A DNA stretch of 60,447 nucleotides from an uncultured Desulfobacterales bacterium (GTDB lineage: Bacteria > Desulfobacterota > Desulfobacteria > Desulfobacterales > C00003060): contig CAZCXI010000001.1 of NCBI GenBank assembly GCA_964502635.1, positions 1 through 60,447 on the forward strand, in the 5' to 3' direction. The position numbers and the translations under genes are program-made. Shown here piece after piece: positions 28,051 through 36,532 of the stretch (position 1 is its first letter; each line of letters begins with the position of its first letter). The notes beneath the pieces are model-generated. The model ran no database searches, was not told where the DNA came from, and saw nothing but the letters and a program-made list of their open reading frames with translations.

Positions 28051-28800
28051 GTGCGTGTTGCCGGCATTGACATCGGTTCCCGAACCATAGAGCTGGTGGT
28101 GTTGAACGAAAGAGGGATTGTTCTAAGCAAACGGGCGGATTCTGGCTTTGACCCAACGGCGGGTGTCAAAAAACTCCTTGAAGAGGTTGACTATGACCGG
28201 ATCATGGCCACAGGCTATGGACGCCATCTCTTTGAACTTTCCTTTGTTGCGCCTACAGTCACAGAAATAAAGGCATACGCCATGGGCGCTCAGGCCATGT
28301 TTCGTGGCGTACGCACTATCCTTGATATTGGGGGCCAGGATTCCAAGGCCATTGCGGTAAACGATGTTGGCAAAGTGACCAAGTTCGAGATGAACGATCG
28401 CTGTGCGGCAGGAACGGGAAAGTTTCTTGAGATCATGGCAAGCAGCCTTGGCTACAGCCTTGATGACTTCGGGCGTGAGGCCCTGAAGGCTGAGAAGGAG
28501 CTTCAAATCAGCAGCATGTGTACGGTCTTTGCCGAATCTGAGGTCACCTCCCTGCTTGCCAAGGGGGAAAACCGGCGAGAAATTGCTATGGGTCTACACC
28601 ACTCTGTGGTGCGTCGTGCAGCTGGCATGCTGAGGCGGGTTTTGGTGGAAGGACCCGTTGTCTTTGCGGGAGGCGTGGCCAGGAATGCATGCATGCGTCA
28701 CCTGTTGGAAGAGACCCTCGAAAAAGAGATAACTGTTCCAGAAGACCCACAAATGGTGGGGGCCTATGGAGCAGCGTTGTTGGCAGCAGGCCAGGGATAG
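28051..28800 (+). CDS. Acyl-CoA dehydratase activase / BcrAD-BadFG-type ATPase (archerase)
   Basis: AGIDIGS phosphate-1 motif, MNDRCAAGTGKFLE cluster-ligand region and FAGGVARN. 249 aa. Confidence 0.85.
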   Translation: MRVAGIDIGSRTIELVVLNERGIVLSKRADSGFDPTAGVKKLLEEVDYDRIMATGYGRHLFELSFVAPTVTEIKAYAMGAQAMFRGVRTILDIGGQDSKAIAVNDVGKVTKFEMNDRCAAGTGKFLEIMASSLGYSLDDFGREALKAEKELQISSMCTVFAESEVTSLLAKGENRREIAMGLHHSVVRRAAGMLRRVLVEGPVVFAGGVARNACMRHLLEETLEKEITVPEDPQMVGAYGAALLAAGQG

Positions 28801-28936
28801 ACTTGTCTGATCAAAACCTGGAAAAGTCCTATAGGACTCCATATGCCAAAGGAGGTGATGCCGATCTGAACGAAAGCTTTCCTTAAAGATGGCTCGTTGT
28901 CTTGCCGAGCCGAACTCAAGAACTGGAGGAATGAAA

Positions 28937-30097
28937 ATGAAGAAATTGGTAGTGTTAACAAACATGATGATTGTGCTGTTTCTTGTTTGCACCATGGTGA
29001 GCCCTTCCTGGGCCGGAATCAAGATGGAAATTGATGAACAGACCAAGGGAGAGATCGGCATCTGGATGCAGACTTGGTATCAGTGGGTTGAAGATGGCAA
29101 GGGTGATGAAGATTTGAACGACTTCCTGATCCGGCGGGCCTATCTGTATCTGAAAGGTGATGTGACCCAGTATGTGAGCTTCTTCACCCATATTGCCTCG
29201 GATAAGGTCGGCGCAGAGGGGTTGGATAAGCCAGGTATCGGCCTTGGGAGCGGCGTTGCGTGGCGAGATCTGTGGATCACCTTGAACCTGGACGAGGCCT
29301 TTAAGATCCAGATGGGACGCATGTATGTGCCCCTGACCAGAAACTACGGCACGACATCCACCAAGGCGATGTTAACCATGGACCTCCCGTTTCTCCAGGG
29401 GGGCTCGCGGGGCGGTATCTTCTATGCCCAGAAGGTGGGGCGAGATGACAGTGTCACCCTGTGGGGGAATCCTTTTGATGGCAAGCTGCAATACCGCTTC
29501 ATGATTTCCGAAGGGGTTGAGGGTGACAACAATCCCGAAGACAACCTGCGGTTCGTGGGCCGGTTGTCTTTGAGTTTGCTCGAGCCCGAAACCGCTTGGT
29601 TTAACAAGGGGACATACCTCGGGAAGAAAAAGGTCTTGAGCCTTGGCCTGGGCTTCCAGAGTCAAGACGATCTCACATTAGGTGGCGTTGAGGGTGAGGA
29701 TAATCAGGTCTGGACGGCAGACGTCTTCTTTGATCATCCGGTGGGAGAGGGTGCGGTCACATTTGAAGCGGCCTACATCGATATCGACAATTGCACAGAG
29801 ACCCAGCCCCAGATGTACACGGACTTGGCCGCTGGTGATGACGCCGAGAACTGGTACATTAACGCAGGCTATCTTTTCCCCGGCACCCTCGGCATAGGCC
29901 AAGTTCAACCGTATATCCGGTATGAAACAGTCGATGTTGATGAGAAGAATGAAACCGATTTCTGGAGTGGGGGTGTCAACTACTATATGAAAGGACACAA
30001 TTGCAAGTTGACCGCAGATTACATGCACGTTGATCCAGACAACGACGAAAAAGACGAAAGGGACATCTTCACGTTGCAGTTCTGTATTGGATTCTAA
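28937..30097 (+). CDS. Outer-membrane beta-barrel porin-like protein
   Basis: Signal peptide ending SWA-G, alternating amphipathic strands, and the C-terminal FTLQFCIGF with terminal Phe. GGAGGA is 6 nt before ATG 28937. Confidence 0.55.
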   Translation: MKKLVVLTNMMIVLFLVCTMVSPSWAGIKMEIDEQTKGEIGIWMQTWYQWVEDGKGDEDLNDFLIRRAYLYLKGDVTQYVSFFTHIASDKVGAEGLDKPGIGLGSGVAWRDLWITLNLDEAFKIQMGRMYVPLTRNYGTTSTKAMLTMDLPFLQGGSRGGIFYAQKVGRDDSVTLWGNPFDGKLQYRFMISEGVEGDNNPEDNLRFVGRLSLSLLEPETAWFNKGTYLGKKKVLSLGLGFQSQDDLTLGGVEGEDNQVWTADVFFDHPVGEGAVTFEAAYIDIDNCTETQPQMYTDLAAGDDAENWYINAGYLFPGTLGIGQVQPYIRYETVDVDEKNETDFWSGGVNYYMKGHNCKLTADYMHVDPDNDEKDERDIFTLQFCIGF

Positions 30098-30245
30098 ACT
30101 GGGATAAACTTGGCCTTGGGGGAATTGAGGCCCTCAAGGCCAAACTTTTTCCAAAAATCACCCAAACGGGGAAACCTCTGGGAGACATCGCGTGAGCCCC
30201 CGCTGGAGCTGTTGGTCCATCTTGGGGCTCATGGGCAACATTTCA

Positions 30246-30446
30246 ATGAACCTCGTTTTCGTCTGTCCTGAAAACCATAAGACCTTCGAAACCGATCATT
30301 TCAACATCATCCAAGACAACGGCGTGAAGATGACCGAGACCGGCCAGAGGGTCTGGGATGCAAAGGTCGAGCTCGTCTCAGGTTGTCCTTTTTGCGGCAA
30401 GATCCACGAATATCAGGTCAGCGACCTTCCCTGCCCCTTCAGTTGA
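30246..30446 (+). CDS. Hypothetical small Cys-containing (zinc-ribbon-like) protein
   Basis: FVCPENH ... GCPFCGKIH pattern. 66 aa. The start is uncertain. Confidence 0.35.
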   Translation: MNLVFVCPENHKTFETDHFNIIQDNGVKMTETGQRVWDAKVELVSGCPFCGKIHEYQVSDLPCPFS

Positions 30447-30781
30447 CCTCGGAGAAGCTTTTCTCTGCAAAGCTACTTTCCATCCACAAATGGCCCTTTT
30501 TCGCCTGAGCGGCGTTCTCTTCGGGTTCTTGCCTGCGATGTACGATAAGTACGCCTCTGTATAAAGGCGCCTCTTCCCGGTGCTATTTCCACAAGACATA
30601 GAAGAGGCGAGATACGCCCCAGGAGTTCAAATGGGGTTCCAGTTGTCCTCTTTTTTCTCAGTATAGATATTTTCAATGGTTTTTATAGCTTTGCATTTGT
30701 ATAAGCTATTTGATTTTTTGATGCGTGTCATAGATAATATTATTGGCATATTTTTCATCCCTTGAATAAACAAGGAACCGT

Positions 30782-32107
30782 ATGCAGCAGAGACTAACCA
30801 TCTTAGGCCTAGCATGGGCGTTGAAGGAAGATCCCTTCTACGGCGAGGATCAGCTGGTTTTTGATATGAACCTGTGTCTGAGGCGTCAGCTCTTGCAGGC
30901 TCCCATGACCTTCAAATTCATCGGAACGCCCACAGACCTTGATGAACATTTTCCTGGTTCTGGGCACTCTGAAATACAGCGCTCAATACCCTATCAGGAC
31001 CAGTTGGAACTGATCCACACCTGGTGCGGACTTGCAAGACTGGACACCTACCGACCCAGGGACGACAGGTCCACCGGTTGGTTCGGCTGGGAATATGAAG
31101 AACGCTGCCACCTTGATTTGGAGATTGACCGAGACGACTTGAAGAAGTTTTTGAGAAATTGGAAACTTCCCCTTCCTGCTTTTTGGTTTCCCCAAGACCC
31201 TGACAATTCTCAGCGCAAAATGGCCCTTGGAGAGCCCGACAGCGAGTTGGCGTGGGATAACTTGGTTCTTCTGGGGGAAATCCAAGACGAGATAAGCGCG
31301 TGGAAGAATACAGCAGCCTCCAGTGTGACCGAGCGTGTGGAAGGGGCACGTCAGCTGTGCAGGCTTCAAAGGGAGCGGATGGCCGTTTTGAGTCATTTAA
31401 CCGGAAGGCGTGATTCCTTCAATGCCTCACTAACGGCCAGCGGTGGAATCGGCGAGCCGAATAGCTTGAGCCACCACCCTGCCGAAGCAGCGTCAAGCCC
31501 TTTTGTCTTCCGTAGCGAGGGCGATTTCTGGAACATCGTATACGATGGAAAAAGGATTCCCCCCCTTAAGAATTGTTTGGGACTGCGCTACATCGCCTTT
31601 TTGCTTGGGAGTCCCCATCAAGATATCCATGTGATGGAACTGTCGCACACAGTCAATGGCCACCAGCACGGTTGGTCAGGGGTTCCTATTGGTGTAATCA
31701 ACCAAGACCAACTAATGGCAGATGGATTGAGCCTCTCCCGCATGGGAGACGCTGGCGTGGTCCTTGATGCCAGAGCCAAGGCGGACTACAGGAAGAGGAT
31801 CAGAGATATTCAGGAGGAACTTGAGGAAGCTCAAGCCTTCAGCGACCTGCCAAAGATTTCGAAATTACAGGAGGAACTGGAATACATTGAAAAAGAGCTT
31901 GCCACCGTGGTGGGCCTTGCAGGAAAAGATCGAAAGGCAGCCGACACCAAGGAAAGAATCCGCAAGGCTGTCACCAACCGCATCCGAGGCAGCCTAAAAA
32001 AGCTTGAGAGAGCATACCCTCCTTTGGGACACCACCTTTCCAACGCCATCAAGACCGGCACCTTCTGCTCCTATTGCCCCGAAGAGTCTATCCCCTGGAG
32101 CCTGTAA
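30782..32107 (+). CDS. Hypothetical protein, two-part, with unknown function
   Basis: 441-aa ORF preceded by a visibly AT-rich region. The C-terminal half (FVFRSEGDFWNIVYDGKRIPPLKNCLGLRYIAFLL...LDARAKADYRKRIRDIQEELEEA...TGTFCSYCPE) resembles an uncharacterised module that I recall from the N-termini of large regulators. Confidence 0.55.
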   Translation: MQQRLTILGLAWALKEDPFYGEDQLVFDMNLCLRRQLLQAPMTFKFIGTPTDLDEHFPGSGHSEIQRSIPYQDQLELIHTWCGLARLDTYRPRDDRSTGWFGWEYEERCHLDLEIDRDDLKKFLRNWKLPLPAFWFPQDPDNSQRKMALGEPDSELAWDNLVLLGEIQDEISAWKNTAASSVTERVEGARQLCRLQRERMAVLSHLTGRRDSFNASLTASGGIGEPNSLSHHPAEAASSPFVFRSEGDFWNIVYDGKRIPPLKNCLGLRYIAFLLGSPHQDIHVMELSHTVNGHQHGWSGVPIGVINQDQLMADGLSLSRMGDAGVVLDARAKADYRKRIRDIQEELEEAQAFSDLPKISKLQEELEYIEKELATVVGLAGKDRKAADTKERIRKAVTNRIRGSLKKLERAYPPLGHHLSNAIKTGTFCSYCPEESIPWSL

Positions 32108-32277
32108 ATCTTAGGTATATGTATTCCGCTACACAGATTTTGGCATCGCTACAACATTCTTTGCGCCTTATCAGTAAATGGACAAAGGCTCGAGGGTCGC
32201 ACTTGCGGCCCCGGGTTCCGCCCCAGGTTTCATAGGTTCGTCAACGGAGATGCATCGCCTGGGGAAGGCTTCAAGGG

Positions 32278-32479
32278 GACCGCATGCAAAATTTGGGGGG
32301 AATGGTAGCCCGAATGAGAAAGGACCACAACACCTCGTCACTCCCCTGCCTGGGTTTTCTGATTGGGAGGTCGGTTTGGCTCAGGCCCGAGGCAGCTGAC
32401 GAAGGAGTGCAGTACTGCAAGAATTGCCTTCTGGTTCCATCCATTCACTGTCTATTCCCCCCAAATTTTGCATGCGGTC
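32278..32479. repeat. 202-bp cassette bounded by perfect 26-bp inverted repeats, containing an inverted Tat-signal mini-ORF
   Basis: gaccgcatgcaaaatttggggggaat (32278-32303) is the exact reverse complement of 32454-32479. On the minus strand the interior encodes MDGTRRQFLQYCTPSSAASGLSQTD..., which is homologous to the start of the hydrogenase small subunit at 32637. Confidence 0.8.
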
Positions 32480-32636
32480 AGGGGTTGTTGGAGAGGTTCA
32501 ACGACTCACGGGATCGTTTTTCGAAAACCAAAATGGAAAGGAGTGATGCCAAGCTTGTGATTGAGGTAAGGAGGAAAAATTTTAATGTAGCATTCAGCTG
32601 AAACTGGGTGCACGAATTGGAAGGGAGGGAGAAACA

Positions 32637-34001
32637 ATGAATTTGAGAATTACGAGAAGGCAGTTTCTACAGTATTGTACTGCCTCTGCCGCTGCCTTGG
32701 GCCTGAGCCAAACCGACCTCCTGAAGCTGGAAGAGGTTTTGGCCACACCCAACACGGGGTGTTCGAGCCCCACCCCCTCGGTGATCTGGCTTTCAGGACA
32801 GGCTTGCACGGCTTGCCAGATCTCCATGCTCAACAGGGTGGCCATGGTTACGGGGGGCTACTATGACGGTGACATGATCGATGCTCTGTATTCGACCGCA
32901 TCTCCGTTGCCGCCGCCCTATCCGCAAGCCCCCGTGGGCACGGGAACACCGGCGGACCCCGTGGGTCTGGAGCTCGATGTGGTCAAAGACGTGGCAGACT
33001 TGGTCGTTGGCGACGCGGTGAGTGCCGTGGTTCCCCAACTCCAGCCGTCCCCGGGAAGCCCGAGGGCAGGGTGGGCGCCATTTCCCAACGGCTACATCAC
33101 CCTGGAGTGGATCAGCACTACCATGGCCGGCGCAGGCGAGCTGACCGTGCGTCATCTCCAGAGCATCGTAGAAGGGGGACCCTTTATCCTGCTTTTGGAC
33201 GGGTCAATTCCCACGGCTTCGCCAAGCGACCCCACACTGCAGACGAGAAACGAAAAGGCCTGCTTTGTTCTTGACAATGTGGACTACCCGGAATGGCCGG
33301 CCGGAACCGGTGCCAAGGTCATCAGCGCACTGAACGCCGGGCCGGTCACGCTGGCCAACTGCCTGCGATGGATATGCGACACCAACGGTGCGAACTGCCT
33401 CGCGGCCATTGCCACAGGGACTTGTTCGTCCTATGGCGGAATCCCTGCGGCCCAGGGCAGCCCCACGGGGGCTACCTCCATGGAGGCTTTCTTTGCGCAA
33501 GAAGGAATTACCACGCCGGTGGTCAATGTGCCCGGCTGTCCGCCCCACCCGGATTGGATGGTCTATCCAGTGGCCTATTATCTGATCCACAGCGCCCTGC
33601 CGGAGCTGGATCAGTGGGGAAGGCCAAAGGCGGTCTTCAGCGGTTCTTCAGATGGCGAGCCCTTCTGCTACGACTGCCCGAACAAGCCCACCCAAGGGAC
33701 TCCCGATGCGGCTCAAGAGTTGGGGGATTCGGGTTGTTTGGGCGGCCTCGGGTGCAAAGGCCCTTACACCTTTGGTGATTGCCCGGTCCGTCAGAAGAAC
33801 ACGGCAGACGACGGTACGTTGATGAACTGGTGCGTAGGGGCCCAGGGATCAGGTGCTCCGTCAGGTCACGTGGGTAGTGGTATCGGTGAAAGCCGTCATC
33901 CCTGCCAGGGATGTATCCAACCCGATTTTCCGGATTGGTCCGGGTTGACAACATTCGATCAAAAAACCAACAGAAAAATCAAGGGATTCTATAACCCATA
34001 A
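32637..34001 (+). CDS. [NiFe]-hydrogenase small subunit, Tat-exported, unusually long
   Basis: Twin-arginine signal ITRRQFLQY and Fe-S ligand contexts GQACTACQIS, GTCSSYGG, PGCPPHPDW, CYDCP, GCLGGLGCKGPYTFGDCP and HPCQGC. No C-terminal transmembrane helix. Confidence 0.85.
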   Translation: MNLRITRRQFLQYCTASAAALGLSQTDLLKLEEVLATPNTGCSSPTPSVIWLSGQACTACQISMLNRVAMVTGGYYDGDMIDALYSTASPLPPPYPQAPVGTGTPADPVGLELDVVKDVADLVVGDAVSAVVPQLQPSPGSPRAGWAPFPNGYITLEWISTTMAGAGELTVRHLQSIVEGGPFILLLDGSIPTASPSDPTLQTRNEKACFVLDNVDYPEWPAGTGAKVISALNAGPVTLANCLRWICDTNGANCLAAIATGTCSSYGGIPAAQGSPTGATSMEAFFAQEGITTPVVNVPGCPPHPDWMVYPVAYYLIHSALPELDQWGRPKAVFSGSSDGEPFCYDCPNKPTQGTPDAAQELGDSGCLGGLGCKGPYTFGDCPVRQKNTADDGTLMNWCVGAQGSGAPSGHVGSGIGESRHPCQGCIQPDFPDWSGLTTFDQKTNRKIKGFYNP

Positions 34002-34019
34002 TAAGGAGGTGAGACAGAA

Positions 34020-36266
34020 ATGGCTAAGATCGTAAAGCTTGCTCCCATAGACCGAATTGAAGGGCATCTGGATATCGAAACGGTGGTCTCCGATGCCACA
34101 AAGCTGACCACTGACGCCAAGTGTCAGGCTGTCATGTTTAGGGGCATTGAGGAGATTATGAAAAAGAGAGACCCGAGGGATGCCCCCATTATCACGCAGC
34201 GCCCCTGTGGGGTCTGCCCCACGTCCCATGGTGTGGCCTCCAGCAAGAACATCGGAGATGCCTTTGGGTTTCGATGTGACAACGACTTCGTGAACGGGCC
34301 GGATCCCATCGACGTGCCCAACAACGGCCGTCTCCTGAGGAACTTGGCGCTGGGCTGCAATTATGTCATGTCTCACTTGGTCCATTTCTACCACTTGGTG
34401 GCTCTGGACTACGTGAACGTGAACAGCACAGGGCTCATCCCCAAGGGCTTTGCCTGCCCTAACTATGACGACCGGTTCTACGCCCGGGGCATTGATCCGA
34501 CGGGCAGCCTGGGGGCACCGGCCTATACGGTAAACAATATCGGCGGCGCGGCCGGTACAGTGCCTTCGCCTGTTGTGGGGGACCTGACCGCCTACTTTGC
34601 GAGCCAGTACGTGCGGGCCCTCAAGTTCCGGCGGATGGCCCATCAGATCCATGCGCTCTTTGCGGGCAAGATGCCCCACGTGTCTAATTTCACACCGGGT
34701 GCCATGACCAATAAGCCCTACGACTCCTCTCCAACCGGGGCGGATCCGGCTGTGGTTCAGAAGTTCAGGGAAATCCTGTATGCCGGACCGGGTTATGCCC
34801 TTTCAGACAGGACCCATCCCCTGAACGGACAACCGATCACCGTGAGTAACCCCCACCCGGAGAGCATCCTCGGTTTCATCGGAAAACCCACGGACTTCTG
34901 GAATTGGGTCAACGGGGTGAGTGTCACGGGAACACCGCTGGGCGGTCCACTCGGCGGGCCCTTTGATCCTGCGGCACTACCGCTGTGGGCCCAGGTAGGA
35001 GACGGCTCGGGGACGGCGGGTACCAACTGGCAGCCCTACATCGGCACCCATCTCTTTGATGTCGTGGCCGCCGCCCATGTATTCCCCGAGTATTTCTGGA
35101 TCGGCACCGGAGTGAACCGGCATCTCGCCTGGGGCGCCTTTGAGGGCGCGGTTGGCGATGCGCCATGGATCGGGACAGGCCATGCAGACAACCGGCTCTG
35201 CACCCGATTCCGAACCCACGTCAATCCCACCACGGGGGCTGTCATCGGCTGGTATCCCGTGGACCACCTGGATTCTGTGGAAATGGTGGACAGTTCCTGG
35301 TACGACGACACCGCGGGCAAGAAGCGGCACATGTGGCAGGGCAAGACCAAGTGGAACCCGGACAAGGCCGGGGCCTACAGCTATGCCAAATCCCCGAGGT
35401 ACTACAATGCCTCTTCGGGCACGGGTCATCCCGTGGGGCACTTGCCCTATGAAGTGGGACCCCTTTCCCGGATGATGGCCAATGCCAAGTACGTGGTGGA
35501 CGATGGCGGTCTTGGAAATCCCGTGGTCTTAAATGCCGTGGTGAGCGGCGACCGGACGGGCTACTACCCGGGTATCCTCAGCGACGTGGATCAGACGCTC
35601 GTTCCCACCAATCCATGGATTGGTGGATCTGGGGTAGGAATCTTCCCGTCGGCTGGGCAAGCGCCCACCGATTTCACTGCCGGTCCCTATGGCTCGATCC
35701 TCTACGGGAATTACCTGAACGCCCTGGCGAGCCCCGCCGTTTATAAGAGCAACTATACGGGCGACGGTGTTCTCGACCGGATTGCGGCTCGGGCCTTGGA
35801 AACCTACTATGTGGCCAAGCATCTTTGGTATTGGTTCAACCAGCTCGATCCGAACGAAACATCCAATGTCACGCGACGTTACAACTGGGGCGAGGGCAAG
35901 GGCTGGAAGGAGTTCGTGCCCAAATACAGTAAAGGCGTAGGCTTGACTGAGGCCCCGCGGGGTGCTTTAGGCCACTGGATCAAGATTGGCAACAGAAAGA
36001 AAAAGAAGTTGAAGGGGAAGATCTCCAAATACCAGATCATTACCCCTACGGCCTGGCTGGTGAGTCCCAAGGTAGACGCGGGTCTGGGTGACGCCCACGG
36101 CCCCATGGAGGAATCCCTGGTTGGAACGCCCCTACAGATTTTCGACGAGCCCATTGAGCTCTTGAGAATCGTCCACTCCTTTGACCCGTGTCTCGCTTGC
36201 ACGGTGCATGTGATGACACCGAAAAAGGAGAAAGTGGCTGAGGCGATCGTCGAGCCCGCTGGCTAG
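34020..36266 (+). CDS. [NiFe]-hydrogenase large subunit, unusually long (748 aa)
   Basis: N-terminal RIEGH and RPCGVCPTSH motifs. C-terminal DPCLACTVH followed by an 18-aa extension. AAGGAGG RBS. Confidence 0.9.
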   Translation: MAKIVKLAPIDRIEGHLDIETVVSDATKLTTDAKCQAVMFRGIEEIMKKRDPRDAPIITQRPCGVCPTSHGVASSKNIGDAFGFRCDNDFVNGPDPIDVPNNGRLLRNLALGCNYVMSHLVHFYHLVALDYVNVNSTGLIPKGFACPNYDDRFYARGIDPTGSLGAPAYTVNNIGGAAGTVPSPVVGDLTAYFASQYVRALKFRRMAHQIHALFAGKMPHVSNFTPGAMTNKPYDSSPTGADPAVVQKFREILYAGPGYALSDRTHPLNGQPITVSNPHPESILGFIGKPTDFWNWVNGVSVTGTPLGGPLGGPFDPAALPLWAQVGDGSGTAGTNWQPYIGTHLFDVVAAAHVFPEYFWIGTGVNRHLAWGAFEGAVGDAPWIGTGHADNRLCTRFRTHVNPTTGAVIGWYPVDHLDSVEMVDSSWYDDTAGKKRHMWQGKTKWNPDKAGAYSYAKSPRYYNASSGTGHPVGHLPYEVGPLSRMMANAKYVVDDGGLGNPVVLNAVVSGDRTGYYPGILSDVDQTLVPTNPWIGGSGVGIFPSAGQAPTDFTAGPYGSILYGNYLNALASPAVYKSNYTGDGVLDRIAARALETYYVAKHLWYWFNQLDPNETSNVTRRYNWGEGKGWKEFVPKYSKGVGLTEAPRGALGHWIKIGNRKKKKLKGKISKYQIITPTAWLVSPKVDAGLGDAHGPMEESLVGTPLQIFDEPIELLRIVHSFDPCLACTVHVMTPKKEKVAEAIVEPAG

Positions 36267-36348
36267 TGATCATTAACCAAAGGGTAGGAGGCCCCAAAAG
36301 GGTCTCTTACCTCAACAATGAATGACTCTTGCCAAAGCTGAACAGCAA

Positions 36349-36371
36349 AGAGGGCACTGTGTCCCTTTTTT
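36349..36371 (+). terminator. Weak intrinsic-terminator-like hairpin after the hydrogenase genes
   Basis: agagggcactgtgtccc followed by tttttt. The stem is short and imperfect. Confidence 0.35.
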
Positions 36372-36532
36372 CCGAGCCCATTTCCGCCAGAAGATCACCA
36401 CAAAGAGAGCAAGTCCTGGCTCGCGAAGAGCAGCGTGAGAGCCTATCGGAACGATTACCAATGGCGCACGGCTGAACATTGAAGAGGCTTGGAAACGATG
36501 AGTCCCGCTGAAAACCTGTGCCGCGGCGGATG

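Noticed and set aside
34793-35822. A cluster of 77-154-aa ORFs on both strands inside the hydrogenase large-subunit gene. Many are Arg/Pro/Gly-rich.
   Set aside because: They are shadow ORFs in alternative frames of a GC-rich gene whose own frame carries all the hydrogenase motifs.
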